Source of the DNA: Nitrospirota bacterium
GTDB lineage: Bacteria > Nitrospirota > UBA9217
Reading direction: 5' to 3'
Assembly (NCBI GenBank): GCA_963754875.1
Contig: CAVWHO010000020.1
Span: 288,001-352,000 of the forward strand
Length of the DNA stretch: 64,000 bases
Shown: positions 48,078 to 58,615 of the stretch, in pieces
Layout: the number at the start of each line of letters is the position of its first letter
How positions within the stretch are numbered: the stretch's first letter is position 1
Position numbers and translations under genes: made by a program
The notes under the pieces: model-generated
Told to the model about the DNA's origin: nothing
The model's input: only the letters and a program-made list of their open reading frames with translations
Database searches by the model: none

Positions 48078-48203
48078 ATCACACCCATCGGCTGAAAGTA
48101 CACACTCGGGATGTTGACCTACGCCCTCCTGTGGTTCTTGTTTAAAAACGTCGCCAAGATAGGGGCATACCGGCCGATGCGGAGGCGGGAAATCCTTTTG
48201 TAA
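48078..48203 (+). pseudogene. Decayed C-terminal remnant of a Pma1-type (P3A) proton-efflux P-type ATPase
   Basis: ITPIG*KYTLGMLTYALLWFLFKNVAKIGAYRPMRRREILL* resembles the TPIGW...YALAWF...K..AYR last helix of prokaryotic P3A ATPases; TGA sits at the Trp position. Confidence 0.55.
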
Positions 48204-48237
48204 TGGCAGTATGCTTGTAGAAGTATGGAGAAATGCT

Positions 48238-48924
48238 GTGAAACCATCGACCGATATGGTGTTTCTATTCGACGTTGACAACACGTTGCTTGATAACGAC
48301 CGGGTGGAAATGGACCTTCGGCGCCACCTCGAAAGCGAGTTCGGGGTTGAAAGCAAAAACCGGTATTTTGCCATTCTGGAAGAGCTGCGGGCTGAGCTCG
48401 GATATACGGATTACCTGGGCGCCTTGCAGCGTTACCGGCTCGAAAAGCAGTGCGATCACCGGCTCCTCATGATGTCATCATTCCTCGTAGATTATCCGTT
48501 TGCAGACAGATTGTACCCGCAATCGCTGGATGTCCTTAAACACGTGCAGGCATGGGGGCCGGCGGTGATCCTGTCCGACGGCGATGTCGTCTTTCAGCCG
48601 CGTAAAGTCCAGAGATCGGGGTTGTGGGACGTCGTTGAGGGCCGCGTTCTCATCTATGTTCACAAAGAACGTATGCTGGCCGACATAGAGAAGCGCTATC
48701 CGGCGCGACATTATATAATGGTGGATGACAAGCTGCGTATTCTCGCAGCCATGAAAAGCAGCTGGGGCGACCGGTTGACGACGGTCTTTCCTTGCCAGGG
48801 CCACTATGCGCTCGATCAAAGAAATGTCGATGCCTACCCGCGGGCTCAAATAACCGTTGAGCGGATCGGCGATCTCCTGCAGTACGACCTGGCCGCGTTT
48901 CTCGGCGCCGACGGGAAACGCTAG
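48238..48924 (+). CDS. HAD family hydrolase
   Basis: FLFDVDNTLLDND, ILSDGD and MVDDK motifs; GTG start after GGAG. Alternative start at 48211. Confidence 0.88.
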   Translation: MKPSTDMVFLFDVDNTLLDNDRVEMDLRRHLESEFGVESKNRYFAILEELRAELGYTDYLGALQRYRLEKQCDHRLLMMSSFLVDYPFADRLYPQSLDVLKHVQAWGPAVILSDGDVVFQPRKVQRSGLWDVVEGRVLIYVHKERMLADIEKRYPARHYIMVDDKLRILAAMKSSWGDRLTTVFPCQGHYALDQRNVDAYPRAQITVERIGDLLQYDLAAFLGADGKR

Positions 48925-49099
48925 AACGGCAGCGTCGAATATCGCTTCTCATCAATTGTCCGAACGTGATCAATCTGTTGCGGAGCAGACGACGCCGGCG
49001 TCAAGAGGACTCCTTACGAACTGATAGCACGGAACAATGTTCGGGTGGATCTCAGTTTGCTGCTTGCACCTGACACGCGCATTACAGCGGGTCTCTGCC

Positions 49100-49127
49100 T
49101 TGAAACTTACGGACAGTGCTCTATAAT
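49100..49127 (+). promoter_or_regulatory. sigma70-type promoter upstream of usp-pgm-glgP
   Basis: TTGAAA-N16-TATAAT; a 12-bp palindrome TGCGAATTCGCA lies at 49163-49174. Confidence 0.55.
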
Positions 49128-49253
49128 AGAGGTAAGGCAATGAACAGGTAATGTGTGATTTATGCGAATTCGCAATGTCACGCTTTATCATCCATTGACG
49201 TAAAAGAGCGTGAGGTTGAATTTCACTTGAATTTTAAGAAAAGAGGAGGACTT

Positions 49254-49703
49254 ATGATTTCAAAGATTCTTGTGCCAATAGACGGTTCGAAAATGTCACA
49301 CAAGGCGGCAAAATACGCGCTCGAGCTCGCGAAGCAAACGGGCGCATCTTTGACGCTGCTGAGCGTCATCGATAATCGCTTCGTCGTCGAGCAGGCGGTT
49401 TCAGCTTCTGCATCGCCCACCCATTTAAAAGAGGCTGTCGAAGATTATCTGAAGCAGTCAGTGCAATCCTCCACGGACGAGATAGCAAAGGAATGCAGAC
49501 GGAATCGCATTCAATGCAAAGCGACAATAAGGACAGGGCATCCTGTGGAAGAAATTGTGAACGAAGCGACAAAATCAAGAGTCCACCTGATTGTTATGGG
49601 CTCCCATGGTAAAAGCGCCCTTAAAGCGGCCGTGCTCGGCAGCGTTACGTACGGCGTGATACATAAAGACTCTAAAATTCCTGTACTCATCGTGAGACGA
49701 TGA
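49254..49703 (+). CDS. Universal stress protein
   Basis: KILVPIDGS, LIVMGSHG, LGSVT and PVLIV motifs. Confidence 0.94.
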   Translation: MISKILVPIDGSKMSHKAAKYALELAKQTGASLTLLSVIDNRFVVEQAVSASASPTHLKEAVEDYLKQSVQSSTDEIAKECRRNRIQCKATIRTGHPVEEIVNEATKSRVHLIVMGSHGKSALKAAVLGSVTYGVIHKDSKIPVLIVRR

Positions 49704-49756
49704 TCACAAGGTCTGGAAAATAGTTCTCATGTTAGGGATAAAGCAAGGCAGCCGCT

Positions 49757-51472
49757 ATGGCATTTGAAGGAAACGCTATGAACGTGAGCCCTTGGGCAGG
49801 AAAGCCCGCGGAACCATCCATACTCGTAAACGTGCCCAAACTTATTACAGCCTATTATACCGAGATGCCTGACCCTTCGGTGCCGGAGCAACGGGTTTCC
49901 TTCGGCACCTCAGGACATCGTGGTTCTGCGCTAGAAAAGGCTTTCAATGAGTGGCACATCCTCGCCATCACCCAGGCTATTTGCTTTTATCGCCAAGGGA
50001 AGAAAATAGATGGCCCCTTGTTTCTCGGCATGGACACGCATGCCCTTTCAGTGCCGGCTCTTGCCAGCGCGCTGGAAGTTCTGGCGGCCAACGGCGTAGA
50101 AGTCATGATTGCCGAGAAAGATGAATACACTCCTACTCCTACTATTTCCCACGCAATTCTCACGTACAACCGCGGACGCACGAAAGGACTTGCGGACGGC
50201 ATCGTGATCACTCCTTCCCATAACCCGCCTGACGATGGAGGCTTCAAGTACAATCCCCCAAACGGCGGTCCAGCAGAGCAGGACGTAACCGGCTGGATCG
50301 GGAAGACGGCGAACGAGTTTCTTGCGAATGAGCTGAAGGGTGTGAAAAGAACGACGTATATGAAGGCGATTCGTGCCGATACGACGCATCGCCACGATTA
50401 CCTTAATGCCTATGTAAACGATCTAGGCAGCGTGATTGACATGGATGCTATTCGGGCTGCGAATATCCATCTAGGTGTGGACCCGCTTGGCGGCGCCGGA
50501 GTCCACTATTGGCCTGTCATTGCCGAACGATACGGGCTAGATCTCACCGTCGTAAACGACGTCATCGATCCCACGTTCCGTTTCATGACCGTTGATTGGG
50601 ACGGCAGGATCAGGATGGACCCTTCGTCGCCTTATGCGATGCAGCGGTTGATCGGGCTGAAGGACCGCTTCGACGTGGCCTTTGCCTGCGACACCGACCA
50701 TGACCGGCACGGAATTGTCACCCGGAGCGAGGGGCTGCTGCCCCCCAATCACTATCTTTCCGCAGCCGTCTTCTATCTTTTTCAACACCGGCCGAACTGG
50801 CGCAAGGAAGCGGCAATCGGCAAGACGGTCGTGAGCAGCCGGATGCTCGACCTCGTCGCTGCGAAGCTCGGACGGACACTCTACGAAGTTCCCGTGGGGT
50901 TCAAGTGGTTTGTCGACGGCCTGCTCAACGGTTCTCTCGGGTTCGGCGGCGAGGAGAGCGCGGGCGCGTCATTCCTTCGTCGCGACGGTACCGTCTGGAC
51001 GACTGACAAGGATGGCATCGTGCCGGCCCTGCTCGCGGCGGAGATCACGGCGCGGATGGGGCGCGACCCCGGCGAGATCTACCGTGAGCTTACCGTCGAG
51101 TTAGGAGAACCGCTGTACGACAGGATCGAAGCGCCGGCGACTCCCGAGCAAAAAGAGATCTTGAAAAAACTCTCTCCGCGCCAGGTTACGTCGACCGTAT
51201 TGGCCGGTGAGAAGATAGAGAGCATCATCACCCTGGCTCCCGGCAACAACGCTTCGATCGGCGGCCTGAAGGTCAGCGCGAAGAGCGGCTGGTTTGCAGC
51301 ACGGCCGTCGGGGACCGAGGACATCTACAAGATATACGTGGAAAGCTTCCTCGGCAAGGACCATTTGCACCGCATCCAGGAGGAAGCACAGACGATCGTC
51401 AGCGATACTCTGGCGGCGTCTCCGCAACAGCCGGAGATTCCGTCCAGGACGCATTTGATGGAGAGGCAATGA
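49757..51472 (+). CDS. pgm: Phosphoglucomutase (alpha-D-glucose-1,6-bisphosphate-dependent)
   Basis: FGTSGHRG, TPSHNP, DTDHDR, GGEESAG and RPSGTE motifs. Start 49757 or 49778. Confidence 0.95.
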   Translation: MAFEGNAMNVSPWAGKPAEPSILVNVPKLITAYYTEMPDPSVPEQRVSFGTSGHRGSALEKAFNEWHILAITQAICFYRQGKKIDGPLFLGMDTHALSVPALASALEVLAANGVEVMIAEKDEYTPTPTISHAILTYNRGRTKGLADGIVITPSHNPPDDGGFKYNPPNGGPAEQDVTGWIGKTANEFLANELKGVKRTTYMKAIRADTTHRHDYLNAYVNDLGSVIDMDAIRAANIHLGVDPLGGAGVHYWPVIAERYGLDLTVVNDVIDPTFRFMTVDWDGRIRMDPSSPYAMQRLIGLKDRFDVAFACDTDHDRHGIVTRSEGLLPPNHYLSAAVFYLFQHRPNWRKEAAIGKTVVSSRMLDLVAAKLGRTLYEVPVGFKWFVDGLLNGSLGFGGEESAGASFLRRDGTVWTTDKDGIVPALLAAEITARMGRDPGEIYRELTVELGEPLYDRIEAPATPEQKEILKKLSPRQVTSTVLAGEKIESIITLAPGNNASIGGLKVSAKSGWFAARPSGTEDIYKIYVESFLGKDHLHRIQEEAQTIVSDTLAASPQQPEIPSRTHLMERQ

Positions 51473-54015
51473 ACAAGCAAACACCTGTCATCAAGCCGAT
51501 CTACAGTATTCTCCCTGCGGACGTCGAGGGGTTCGACTCGCTGGCTGAGCTTGCCCTGGATCTGCGCTGGTCATGGAATCACATAGCCGATGAAGTGTGG
51601 CAACAGCTCGATCCCGACCTGTGGGATCTCACGCACAATCCCTGGGCTGTCCTGCAGACGGTTTCCCGGGACAAGCTTCAGCTCGTTTCAACCGATCCCG
51701 TTTTCCGCAAAAGCGTCGATGACCTCGTGCGAGCCCGGCGTCAGGCGGCGAAAGCCCCTGCGTGGTTTCAGCAAGAGCATGCGAAGTCTCCACTTACCCG
51801 AGTCGCGTATTTCAGCATGGAATTCATGCTGAGTGAAGCTCTGCCCATCTATTCCGGCGGACTGGGCAATGTGGCCGGCGATCAGCTCAAATCGGCCAGT
51901 GATCTGGGCGTGCCGGTGGTCGGTGTTGGTCTGCTCTACCAGCAAGGCTATTTCCGGCAGGTGCTCGACAAGGACGGAGCGCAACAGGCCCTTTTCCCCT
52001 ACAACGATCCCGGCCAATTGCCTATCACGCCGTTGCGTGAGGCGAATGGGGAGTGGTTGCGGCTGAAGCTCGACTTGCCCGGTTACCCGGTCTGGCTGCG
52101 CGCCTGGCAGGTCCAGGTCGGCCGTGTGTACCTTTACCTGCTCGACAGCAATGACCCCGCGAACATCCCTGCTCACCGGGGCATTACCAGCGAGCTCTAC
52201 GGGGGCGGGCCGGAGCTGCGGCTGAAACAAGAGATTATGCTTGGGATCGGCGGGTGGCGTTTGCTTAGTGCCCTTGGCATCCAGCCGGAAGTCTGTCACT
52301 TGAATGAAGGGCATGCCGCCTTCGCCATTTTGGAGCGGGCCCTGAGTTTCATGCAAGAGACAGGGCAGCCCTTCGAAGTGGCACTGGCCGTCACGCGAGC
52401 GGGCAATCTCTTCACCACCCATACAGCAGTGGCTGCCGGTTTTGACCGCTTTGCTCCGGCCCTCATCGAGCAATACCTCGGTGGTTATGCCGAGCAGAAA
52501 CTCGGTATCCCCCTCAGCGATCTGCTGGGACTCGGCCGCCGGAGCCCCGAAGACCAGTCGGAAAGCTTCAACATGGCCTATCTGGCGATCCGCGGAAGCG
52601 GGGCGGTCAATGGCGTGAGCCGTTTGCACGGAAAGGTGAGCCGGCAACTCTTTGAGCCTCTTTTTCCGCAGTGGCCGCAGGACGAAGTGCCGATCGGATC
52701 CGTGACCAACGGAGTTCACATGCCGAGCTGGGATTCGGCGCCAGCCGATGATCTTTGGACGGAAACCTGTGGAAAAGACCGTTGGCTGGGGACGACGGAA
52801 ACACTGGAGAAAGACATTCGCCGCATCTCTGACGCCAGGCTCTGGAAATTTCGTAGTGCTGCCGGAAAGTCTCTCGTCGAATACGCTCGCGAACAATTGT
52901 CCCGGCAACTGGCCGCTTCCGGCGCGTCACCCGAGGCGGTTAACGAGGCGAAGCACCTATTTGATCCCAACGCGTTGACGCTGGGCTTTGCACGCCGCTT
53001 CGCAACCTACAAGAGACCGAACCTGCTGCTGCACGATCCGGAGCGGCTGCTTCGCCTATTATCTGATCCAGAGCGCCCTGTACAGCTCATCATTGCCGGC
53101 AAGGCCCATCCGGCGGACCAGTCAGGGCAGTCTTTGATTCAGCAGTGGACCCATTTCATCCGACGCACAGAGGCGCGTCCCCATGTGATCTTCCTCAGTG
53201 ACTATGACATGCTTTTGACCGAACACCTGGTGCAGGGCGTAGATGTCTGGATCAACACGCCTCGCCGGCCCTGGGAGGCCTGCGGCACCAGCGGCATGAA
53301 GGTGCTCGTCAATGGAGGCATCAACCTGTCGGAGCTTGATGGCTGGTGGGCGGAAGCCTACACGCCTGAAGTGGGGTGGGCGTTGGGAGACGGCCTGGAA
53401 CATGGCGACGATCCCGCCTGGGATGCAGCCGAGGCCGGGGCACTCTACGACCTGCTCGAACGCCAAGTGATCCCCGAGTTCTATAATCGCGACAGGACCG
53501 GCATCCCCACTGCCTGGGTGGCGCGGATGCGAGAAAGCATGGCGTGTCTAACCCCGCGCTTCTCCGCCAACCGCGCGGTGCGCGAATACACTGAGCAACA
53601 CTACGTCCCGGCTGCTATAATTTATCGCAAACGAGCCGCAAGTCAAGGGGCCGTGGGCAGACAGGTGGTTGATTGGCGGCATAGGGTGGAGCAAAAATGG
53701 CCGACGCTCCACTTCGGCGAAGTGAAGATAGAGACCAACGGGAAACAGCATGTATTCGAGGTTCAGGTCTATCTCAATGACCTCGACCCCAAAGCGGTGC
53801 GTGTGGAACTTTATGCCGACGGCGTTAACGGCGGCGGTCCGGTGCGGCAGGAGATGAAGCGCGTTCGGCAGCTGGTGGGCATGTCGGGCGGCTTCGTGTA
53901 CACTGCGGCGGTGTCTGCGGTGCGCCCGGCGCCGGACTATACAGCGCGGGTGATACCGTACTTCTCCGGCGTTGCGGTTCCCTTGGAAGCCGATCCGATT
54001 CTCTGGCAGCGCTGA
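51469..54015 (+). CDS. glgP: Alpha-glucan (glycogen/maltodextrin) phosphorylase
   Basis: YSGGLGNVAGD, HLNEGH, FARRFATYKR and PLP-site EACGTSGMK motifs. Confidence 0.95.
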   Translation: MNKQTPVIKPIYSILPADVEGFDSLAELALDLRWSWNHIADEVWQQLDPDLWDLTHNPWAVLQTVSRDKLQLVSTDPVFRKSVDDLVRARRQAAKAPAWFQQEHAKSPLTRVAYFSMEFMLSEALPIYSGGLGNVAGDQLKSASDLGVPVVGVGLLYQQGYFRQVLDKDGAQQALFPYNDPGQLPITPLREANGEWLRLKLDLPGYPVWLRAWQVQVGRVYLYLLDSNDPANIPAHRGITSELYGGGPELRLKQEIMLGIGGWRLLSALGIQPEVCHLNEGHAAFAILERALSFMQETGQPFEVALAVTRAGNLFTTHTAVAAGFDRFAPALIEQYLGGYAEQKLGIPLSDLLGLGRRSPEDQSESFNMAYLAIRGSGAVNGVSRLHGKVSRQLFEPLFPQWPQDEVPIGSVTNGVHMPSWDSAPADDLWTETCGKDRWLGTTETLEKDIRRISDARLWKFRSAAGKSLVEYAREQLSRQLAASGASPEAVNEAKHLFDPNALTLGFARRFATYKRPNLLLHDPERLLRLLSDPERPVQLIIAGKAHPADQSGQSLIQQWTHFIRRTEARPHVIFLSDYDMLLTEHLVQGVDVWINTPRRPWEACGTSGMKVLVNGGINLSELDGWWAEAYTPEVGWALGDGLEHGDDPAWDAAEAGALYDLLERQVIPEFYNRDRTGIPTAWVARMRESMACLTPRFSANRAVREYTEQHYVPAAIIYRKRAASQGAVGRQVVDWRHRVEQKWPTLHFGEVKIETNGKQHVFEVQVYLNDLDPKAVRVELYADGVNGGGPVRQEMKRVRQLVGMSGGFVYTAAVSAVRPAPDYTARVIPYFSGVAVPLEADPILWQR

Positions 54016-54277
54016 GTTCTCGAAGGTATGATTGCTGATAAGAATTGTCTTGAATATAGTGTGCAATGATATATTGTTATTCTGAAACTAGGCGTATGGG
54101 CAAAACAGGCTATTATTAAAGAGCAGTAAACCATCTTAGGTTCTTTAGCTTCTTATGCGAGAGTGTCCAGTCATGAGCAGAAGAAAGATTTGGATGGGCG
54201 GCTTGAGCGGCTTTCTGCACTTGCTGCGTCTCCACCAATTTTCACCAATTTCCGCAAACAGCTCAGGAGACAAAAGC

Positions 54278-55705
54278 GTGACCAATACGCAACCACAACA
54301 ACTGCATGAAATCGGCATGGTCGGCCTGGGCGTCATGGGGCGTAATCTCGTGCTAAACATGGCTGACCACGGCTTTTCAGTGGTTGGCTACGACAGGGAA
54401 TCAAGCCAAGTCGAAGCTCTGCGGAAGGAAGCAGTCGAACGCAACATCCGCGGCGCGGTAAACATCCATGATTTCATTGCACTGCTTCGTAAACCGCGCG
54501 CAATAATGATGCTGGTGCCCGCAGGCGCTCCGGTGGATTCAGTTATCAGGGATCTGTTACCGCACTTGGACAGGGGCGATCTCATCATCGATGCCGGCAA
54601 CTCATACTTCAAAGATACCGACTTGCGCGCTAGCAGTTTGACCGCAAAAGGCATCCAATTCCTCGGTGTGGGCGTGTCGGGTGGTGAAGAAGGCGCGCGT
54701 CACGGACCGAGCATCATGCCAGGCGGGCCGAAAGAGGCTTACGAGAGGGTCCGTTCCGTCTTTGAAGCTGCTGCGGCGAAGGTCAACGGAGAGCCGTGCG
54801 TGACGTATCTCGGTCCCGGATCGGCAGGTCACTTTGTGAAGATGGTCCACAACGGCATTGAATACGGTGTCATGCAATTGATTGCTGAGGCTTACGACCT
54901 GATGAAACGCAGCTCTGGCTTGAACGACGATGAATTGCATGACGTGTTCAGCTCATGGAACAAGGGTGAACTGAATGGCTACCTGATGGAAATCACCAGT
55001 CATATTTTTTCCAAAAAGGACGAGAAAACCGGCAAACGAATGGTCGACGAAATACTCGACGTGGCTAAACAGAAAGGCACCGGGATGTGGACCTCGCAGA
55101 GTGCAATGGAGCTGCAAGTGCCGATCCCGACCATCGATCTAGCAGTTGCGATGCGGGACTTGTCTGTGTTCGCGAAGGAACGGCAACAAGCCGGCGCGAT
55201 CTATCAGCGGTCCCGGCGGCGCTCCACCAGCGACCGCGAGGCGTTTCTTACGCAACTGGGCAGCGCGCTATTTGCCGGGATGATTATCATCTACGCACAA
55301 GGCCTGGCGCTTTTGGCGGTTGCTTCAGAAAAATACGAGTATCACCTGGACCTTGAAGCCGTGACGCGGATCTGGCGGGGCGGCTGTATCATCCGGGCCG
55401 CGTTGCTGGAAGATATCTGCGCGGCTTTCCACGTAAGGCGTGATCTGCCGAATCTGTTGCTCGACCCAAACCTGTCGAAGAAGGTCATGACACATCAGGA
55501 ATATCTGCGTCAAGTGGTATGCCACGCAGCCGAATTAGGGGTGCCGGTCCCGGGTTTGATGGTTTCATTGGGTTATCTCGACGCCTATCGCAGCGCCTGG
55601 CTACCGGCAAATCTGATTCAGGCCCAGCGCGACTATTTCGGGGCCCACACCTATGAGCGGATAGATGCCAAAGGAACGTTTCACACGGAATGGGAGAAGG
55701 AGTGA
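54278..55705 (+). CDS. gndA: NADP-dependent 6-phosphogluconate dehydrogenase
   Basis: GLGVMG, VSGGEEGA, KMVHNGIEY, QKGTG and QAQRDYFGAHT motifs; GTG after AGGAG. Confidence 0.96.
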   Translation: MTNTQPQQLHEIGMVGLGVMGRNLVLNMADHGFSVVGYDRESSQVEALRKEAVERNIRGAVNIHDFIALLRKPRAIMMLVPAGAPVDSVIRDLLPHLDRGDLIIDAGNSYFKDTDLRASSLTAKGIQFLGVGVSGGEEGARHGPSIMPGGPKEAYERVRSVFEAAAAKVNGEPCVTYLGPGSAGHFVKMVHNGIEYGVMQLIAEAYDLMKRSSGLNDDELHDVFSSWNKGELNGYLMEITSHIFSKKDEKTGKRMVDEILDVAKQKGTGMWTSQSAMELQVPIPTIDLAVAMRDLSVFAKERQQAGAIYQRSRRRSTSDREAFLTQLGSALFAGMIIIYAQGLALLAVASEKYEYHLDLEAVTRIWRGGCIIRAALLEDICAAFHVRRDLPNLLLDPNLSKKVMTHQEYLRQVVCHAAELGVPVPGLMVSLGYLDAYRSAWLPANLIQAQRDYFGAHTYERIDAKGTFHTEWEKE

Positions 55706-55710
55706 GAAGC

Positions 55711-57246
55711 ATGCCGACGAATGATCGACTCGAACCGACTGTGTTCATCATTTTTGGTGGAGCCGGCGACCTTACCTGGCGGAAGCTCGTGCCGGCCCTG
55801 TTTGATCTCTCCCAGGACAGAAGTATTCCGGCTGATTTTTCGATCATCGCAGTTGATCGCGTTGAATTGAGCGACGAAAAGATGCGTCGGCGTTTCCACG
55901 ACGGCATCAAGAAGTTCTCGCGCCAGAGAATGGTAAAAACCGGTGATTGGGCGGAGTTTGCAAAGCATATCCGCTACCAGCAGGGCGATTTCAAGAAACT
56001 GCAAACGTATAAGACCCTGGGCGAACAATGCGCGAAACTGGAAAAGGAATGGGGCGCCAAAGCCCACCGCATCTTTTACATGGCCACACCACCTGGCATG
56101 CTCGGCGAAATCCCTAAATACCTCGGCAAGGCCGGACTGGCGAGTGACCGGAAATGGACGCGGATAGTGGTTGAGAAACCGATCGGCCATGACCTGGAAT
56201 CGGCCCGGGCCCTGAATGCCATCCTCGCTGCAAATTTTGAGGAGTGCCAGATCTTCCGCATCGACCATTATTTGGGCAAGGAAACAGTGCAGAACATTCT
56301 GGCGTTCCGCTTCGCCAATCCTCTCTTCGAGCCGATCTGGAACCGCCGTTATGTGGATTGTGTAACCATCACCGCTGCCGAAGCAGTGGGTGTCGAACAT
56401 CGGGGCGGATATTATGACCACGCCGGAGCCTTGCGCGACATGGTGCAGAATCACCTGATGCAACTGCTCTGTCTGGTTGCGATGGAACCGATGGTCTCCT
56501 TCGAAGCCGACGAGATTCGCAATAAAAAAGTGGACGTCCTCCACGCCGTTCGTCCGATTCATCCTGACGAAGTCCATCAATGCGTCGTGCGTGGGCAATA
56601 CGGCCAGGGTCGGGCCGGCAGTAAAAAAATTCCTGGTTACCGTGAAGAGGACGGCGTGTCGCCTGATTCCCAAACAGAGACGTTTGTCGCACTCAGGCTG
56701 TTCGTCGACAACTGGCGCTGGCAGGGCGTGCCTTTCTACCTCCGGACGGGAAAGCGGCTCACCAGGCAGGCCTCGGAAATTACGATCCAGTTTCGCGGAG
56801 TGCCGCATCAATCGTTTCCGGCCGAGTCCACTCTCGATTGGCAGGCATCCCGACTGGTGATGTCTATCCAGCCCGACGAAGGCATCGTGCTGAGCTTTCA
56901 GGCCAAAAATCCCGGGCCAAAGATGCACCTGCGCTCCGTGGAGATGCAGTTCAATTACCAGGACGCCTTCGCCGCCCGGTCGCCTGACGCTTATGAAACG
57001 TTGCTCTGGGACGTAATGAAGAATGACGCGACATTGTTCATGCGCGCCGATCAGGTGGAGGCCGCCTGGCGGTTGTTGATGCCGGTGATCGAGGTCTGGG
57101 CCGCGGCTCCGCCCGGTGATTTCCCCAATTACGCCGCTGGCGCCTGGGGACCAGAGGACGCTCAGGGACTGCTTGCTCAAGGCCACAGCTGGCCGGTTCC
57201 TACTGAATTGGCTGGACATTGCGAGAAGAAGGGTAAGGATTCGTGA
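55711..57246 (+). CDS. zwf: Glucose-6-phosphate dehydrogenase
   Basis: GGAGDL, EKPIG, RIDHYLGKE, DMVQNH and RTGKR motifs. Confidence 0.96.
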   Translation: MPTNDRLEPTVFIIFGGAGDLTWRKLVPALFDLSQDRSIPADFSIIAVDRVELSDEKMRRRFHDGIKKFSRQRMVKTGDWAEFAKHIRYQQGDFKKLQTYKTLGEQCAKLEKEWGAKAHRIFYMATPPGMLGEIPKYLGKAGLASDRKWTRIVVEKPIGHDLESARALNAILAANFEECQIFRIDHYLGKETVQNILAFRFANPLFEPIWNRRYVDCVTITAAEAVGVEHRGGYYDHAGALRDMVQNHLMQLLCLVAMEPMVSFEADEIRNKKVDVLHAVRPIHPDEVHQCVVRGQYGQGRAGSKKIPGYREEDGVSPDSQTETFVALRLFVDNWRWQGVPFYLRTGKRLTRQASEITIQFRGVPHQSFPAESTLDWQASRLVMSIQPDEGIVLSFQAKNPGPKMHLRSVEMQFNYQDAFAARSPDAYETLLWDVMKNDATLFMRADQVEAAWRLLMPVIEVWAAAPPGDFPNYAAGAWGPEDAQGLLAQGHSWPVPTELAGHCEKKGKDS

Positions 57247-57262
57247 TTCGGTATAGAACGCA

Positions 57263-57340
57263 ATGCCCGATCAACCTAGAATTCTAGTCATCAACATCGG
57301 CGGCACACATGTGATGAGCTGGCCATGGCCCCACGCGTAA
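57263..57340 (+). pseudogene. N-terminal remnant of a ROK-family/polyphosphate glucokinase
   Basis: MPDQPRILVINIGGTHV then divergence and a stop after 25 aa; matches the ILVIDIGGTHVK phosphate-1 motif with D changed to N. Confidence 0.6.
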
Positions 57341-57415
57341 AACGCCACAGCGGTTTGATGCGGGCGTTTCGGGCATGCTGGGATCAAAGGCCTTAACAGG
57401 GGACAGGATAGCACT

Positions 57416-58594
57416 ATGCGCATTTTAACCATCAACAGCGGTTCGTCGAGCATCAAATTCTCCCTCTATGGCATGGAGCCTGAGGAAACATTGATGCTCT
57501 CGGGAAGCATCGCAGGAATCGGGACAGCAACAGGCCGATTCCATGTTGCCTCGCCGAATGGGACCGCCAGGATAGAAGCGGAACGAAAGTTCCAGAACCA
57601 CGTTGAAGCGTTAGACGTAATCATGGCTTGGCTTAGTGGAAGCGCGGAAGGCCGCACACTTGATGCGATCGGCCACCGCCTGGTGCACGGCGGAAGCGCT
57701 TATATCAGACCGAACCTGATCGATGCGCAGCTGCTGGTGGCACTCGATGCGCTGATTCCCTTTGCCCCCGACCATCTGCCCCACGAAATCGATGCGATCA
57801 AGGCGTGCGCACGGTTCTATCCCGGCGCCAGGCAGGTTGGCTGTTTCGACACGGCGTTCCATCGCACCATGCCCGGCGTGGCACAGCGCTATGCGCTCCC
57901 CGAAGAGGTGCAGCGTCACGGCGTGCTGCGGTACGGCTTTCATGGTCTGTCCTACGAATACATCCTGAGTGAATTGCGGAACATCGCAGGTGCACAAGCG
58001 GCCGACAACAGGGTGATCATCGCCCACCTGGGAAACGGGGCGAGCATGGGCGCTTTCAAAAACGGAAAGAGCATGGACACGACCATGGGGTTCACGCCCG
58101 CGGGGGGGCTTATGATGAGTACGCGCTCCGGCGATCTGGACCCCGGCGTGATCGTGTACCTGCTCAAGGACAAAGGTATGGACGCAGCCGCGATCAACCG
58201 GATGGTGAACAAGGAGGCCGGCCTTCTCGGCGTATCGGGAACGAGCCCCGACATGAAGGACCTGCTCGCGCAGGAAGCAGCGGATCCGCGCGCTGCCGCG
58301 GCAGTGGAGCTGTTCTGCTACCAGGCGAAAAAATTCCTCGGCGCTCTGGCCGCGGTGCTGAGCGGGTTCGACACGCTGATTTTCACCGGCGGCATCGGCG
58401 AGAACGCCGCTCCGGTCCGGGAGCGCATCTGCGGGGGCTTGGAATTTCTTGGAATTCACATCGACAAGGAGCGTAATCTCGGGAACGAACCGATCATATC
58501 GCGCGACGACGGCCCTGCCGTCGTCCGGGTGATGAAAACGAACGAGGAACTGATGATCGCCCGGCATACGTATCGTCTCATTAATAATATCTGA
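57416..58594 (+). CDS. ackA: Acetate kinase
   Basis: INSGSSSIK, GHRLVHGG, FDTAFH, YGFHGLS, AHLGNGAS, FTGGIGEN and TNEE motifs. Confidence 0.95.
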   Translation: MRILTINSGSSSIKFSLYGMEPEETLMLSGSIAGIGTATGRFHVASPNGTARIEAERKFQNHVEALDVIMAWLSGSAEGRTLDAIGHRLVHGGSAYIRPNLIDAQLLVALDALIPFAPDHLPHEIDAIKACARFYPGARQVGCFDTAFHRTMPGVAQRYALPEEVQRHGVLRYGFHGLSYEYILSELRNIAGAQAADNRVIIAHLGNGASMGAFKNGKSMDTTMGFTPAGGLMMSTRSGDLDPGVIVYLLKDKGMDAAAINRMVNKEAGLLGVSGTSPDMKDLLAQEAADPRAAAAVELFCYQAKKFLGALAAVLSGFDTLIFTGGIGENAAPVRERICGGLEFLGIHIDKERNLGNEPIISRDDGPAVVRVMKTNEELMIARHTYRLINNI

Positions 58595-58615
58595 AATGCC
58601 TGACAGGAGGCCGTC

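Noticed and set aside
48093..48095. In-frame TGA as selenocysteine or recoding
   Set aside because: It falls at a Trp position in a decayed fragment, and other genes here use TGA as a normal stop.
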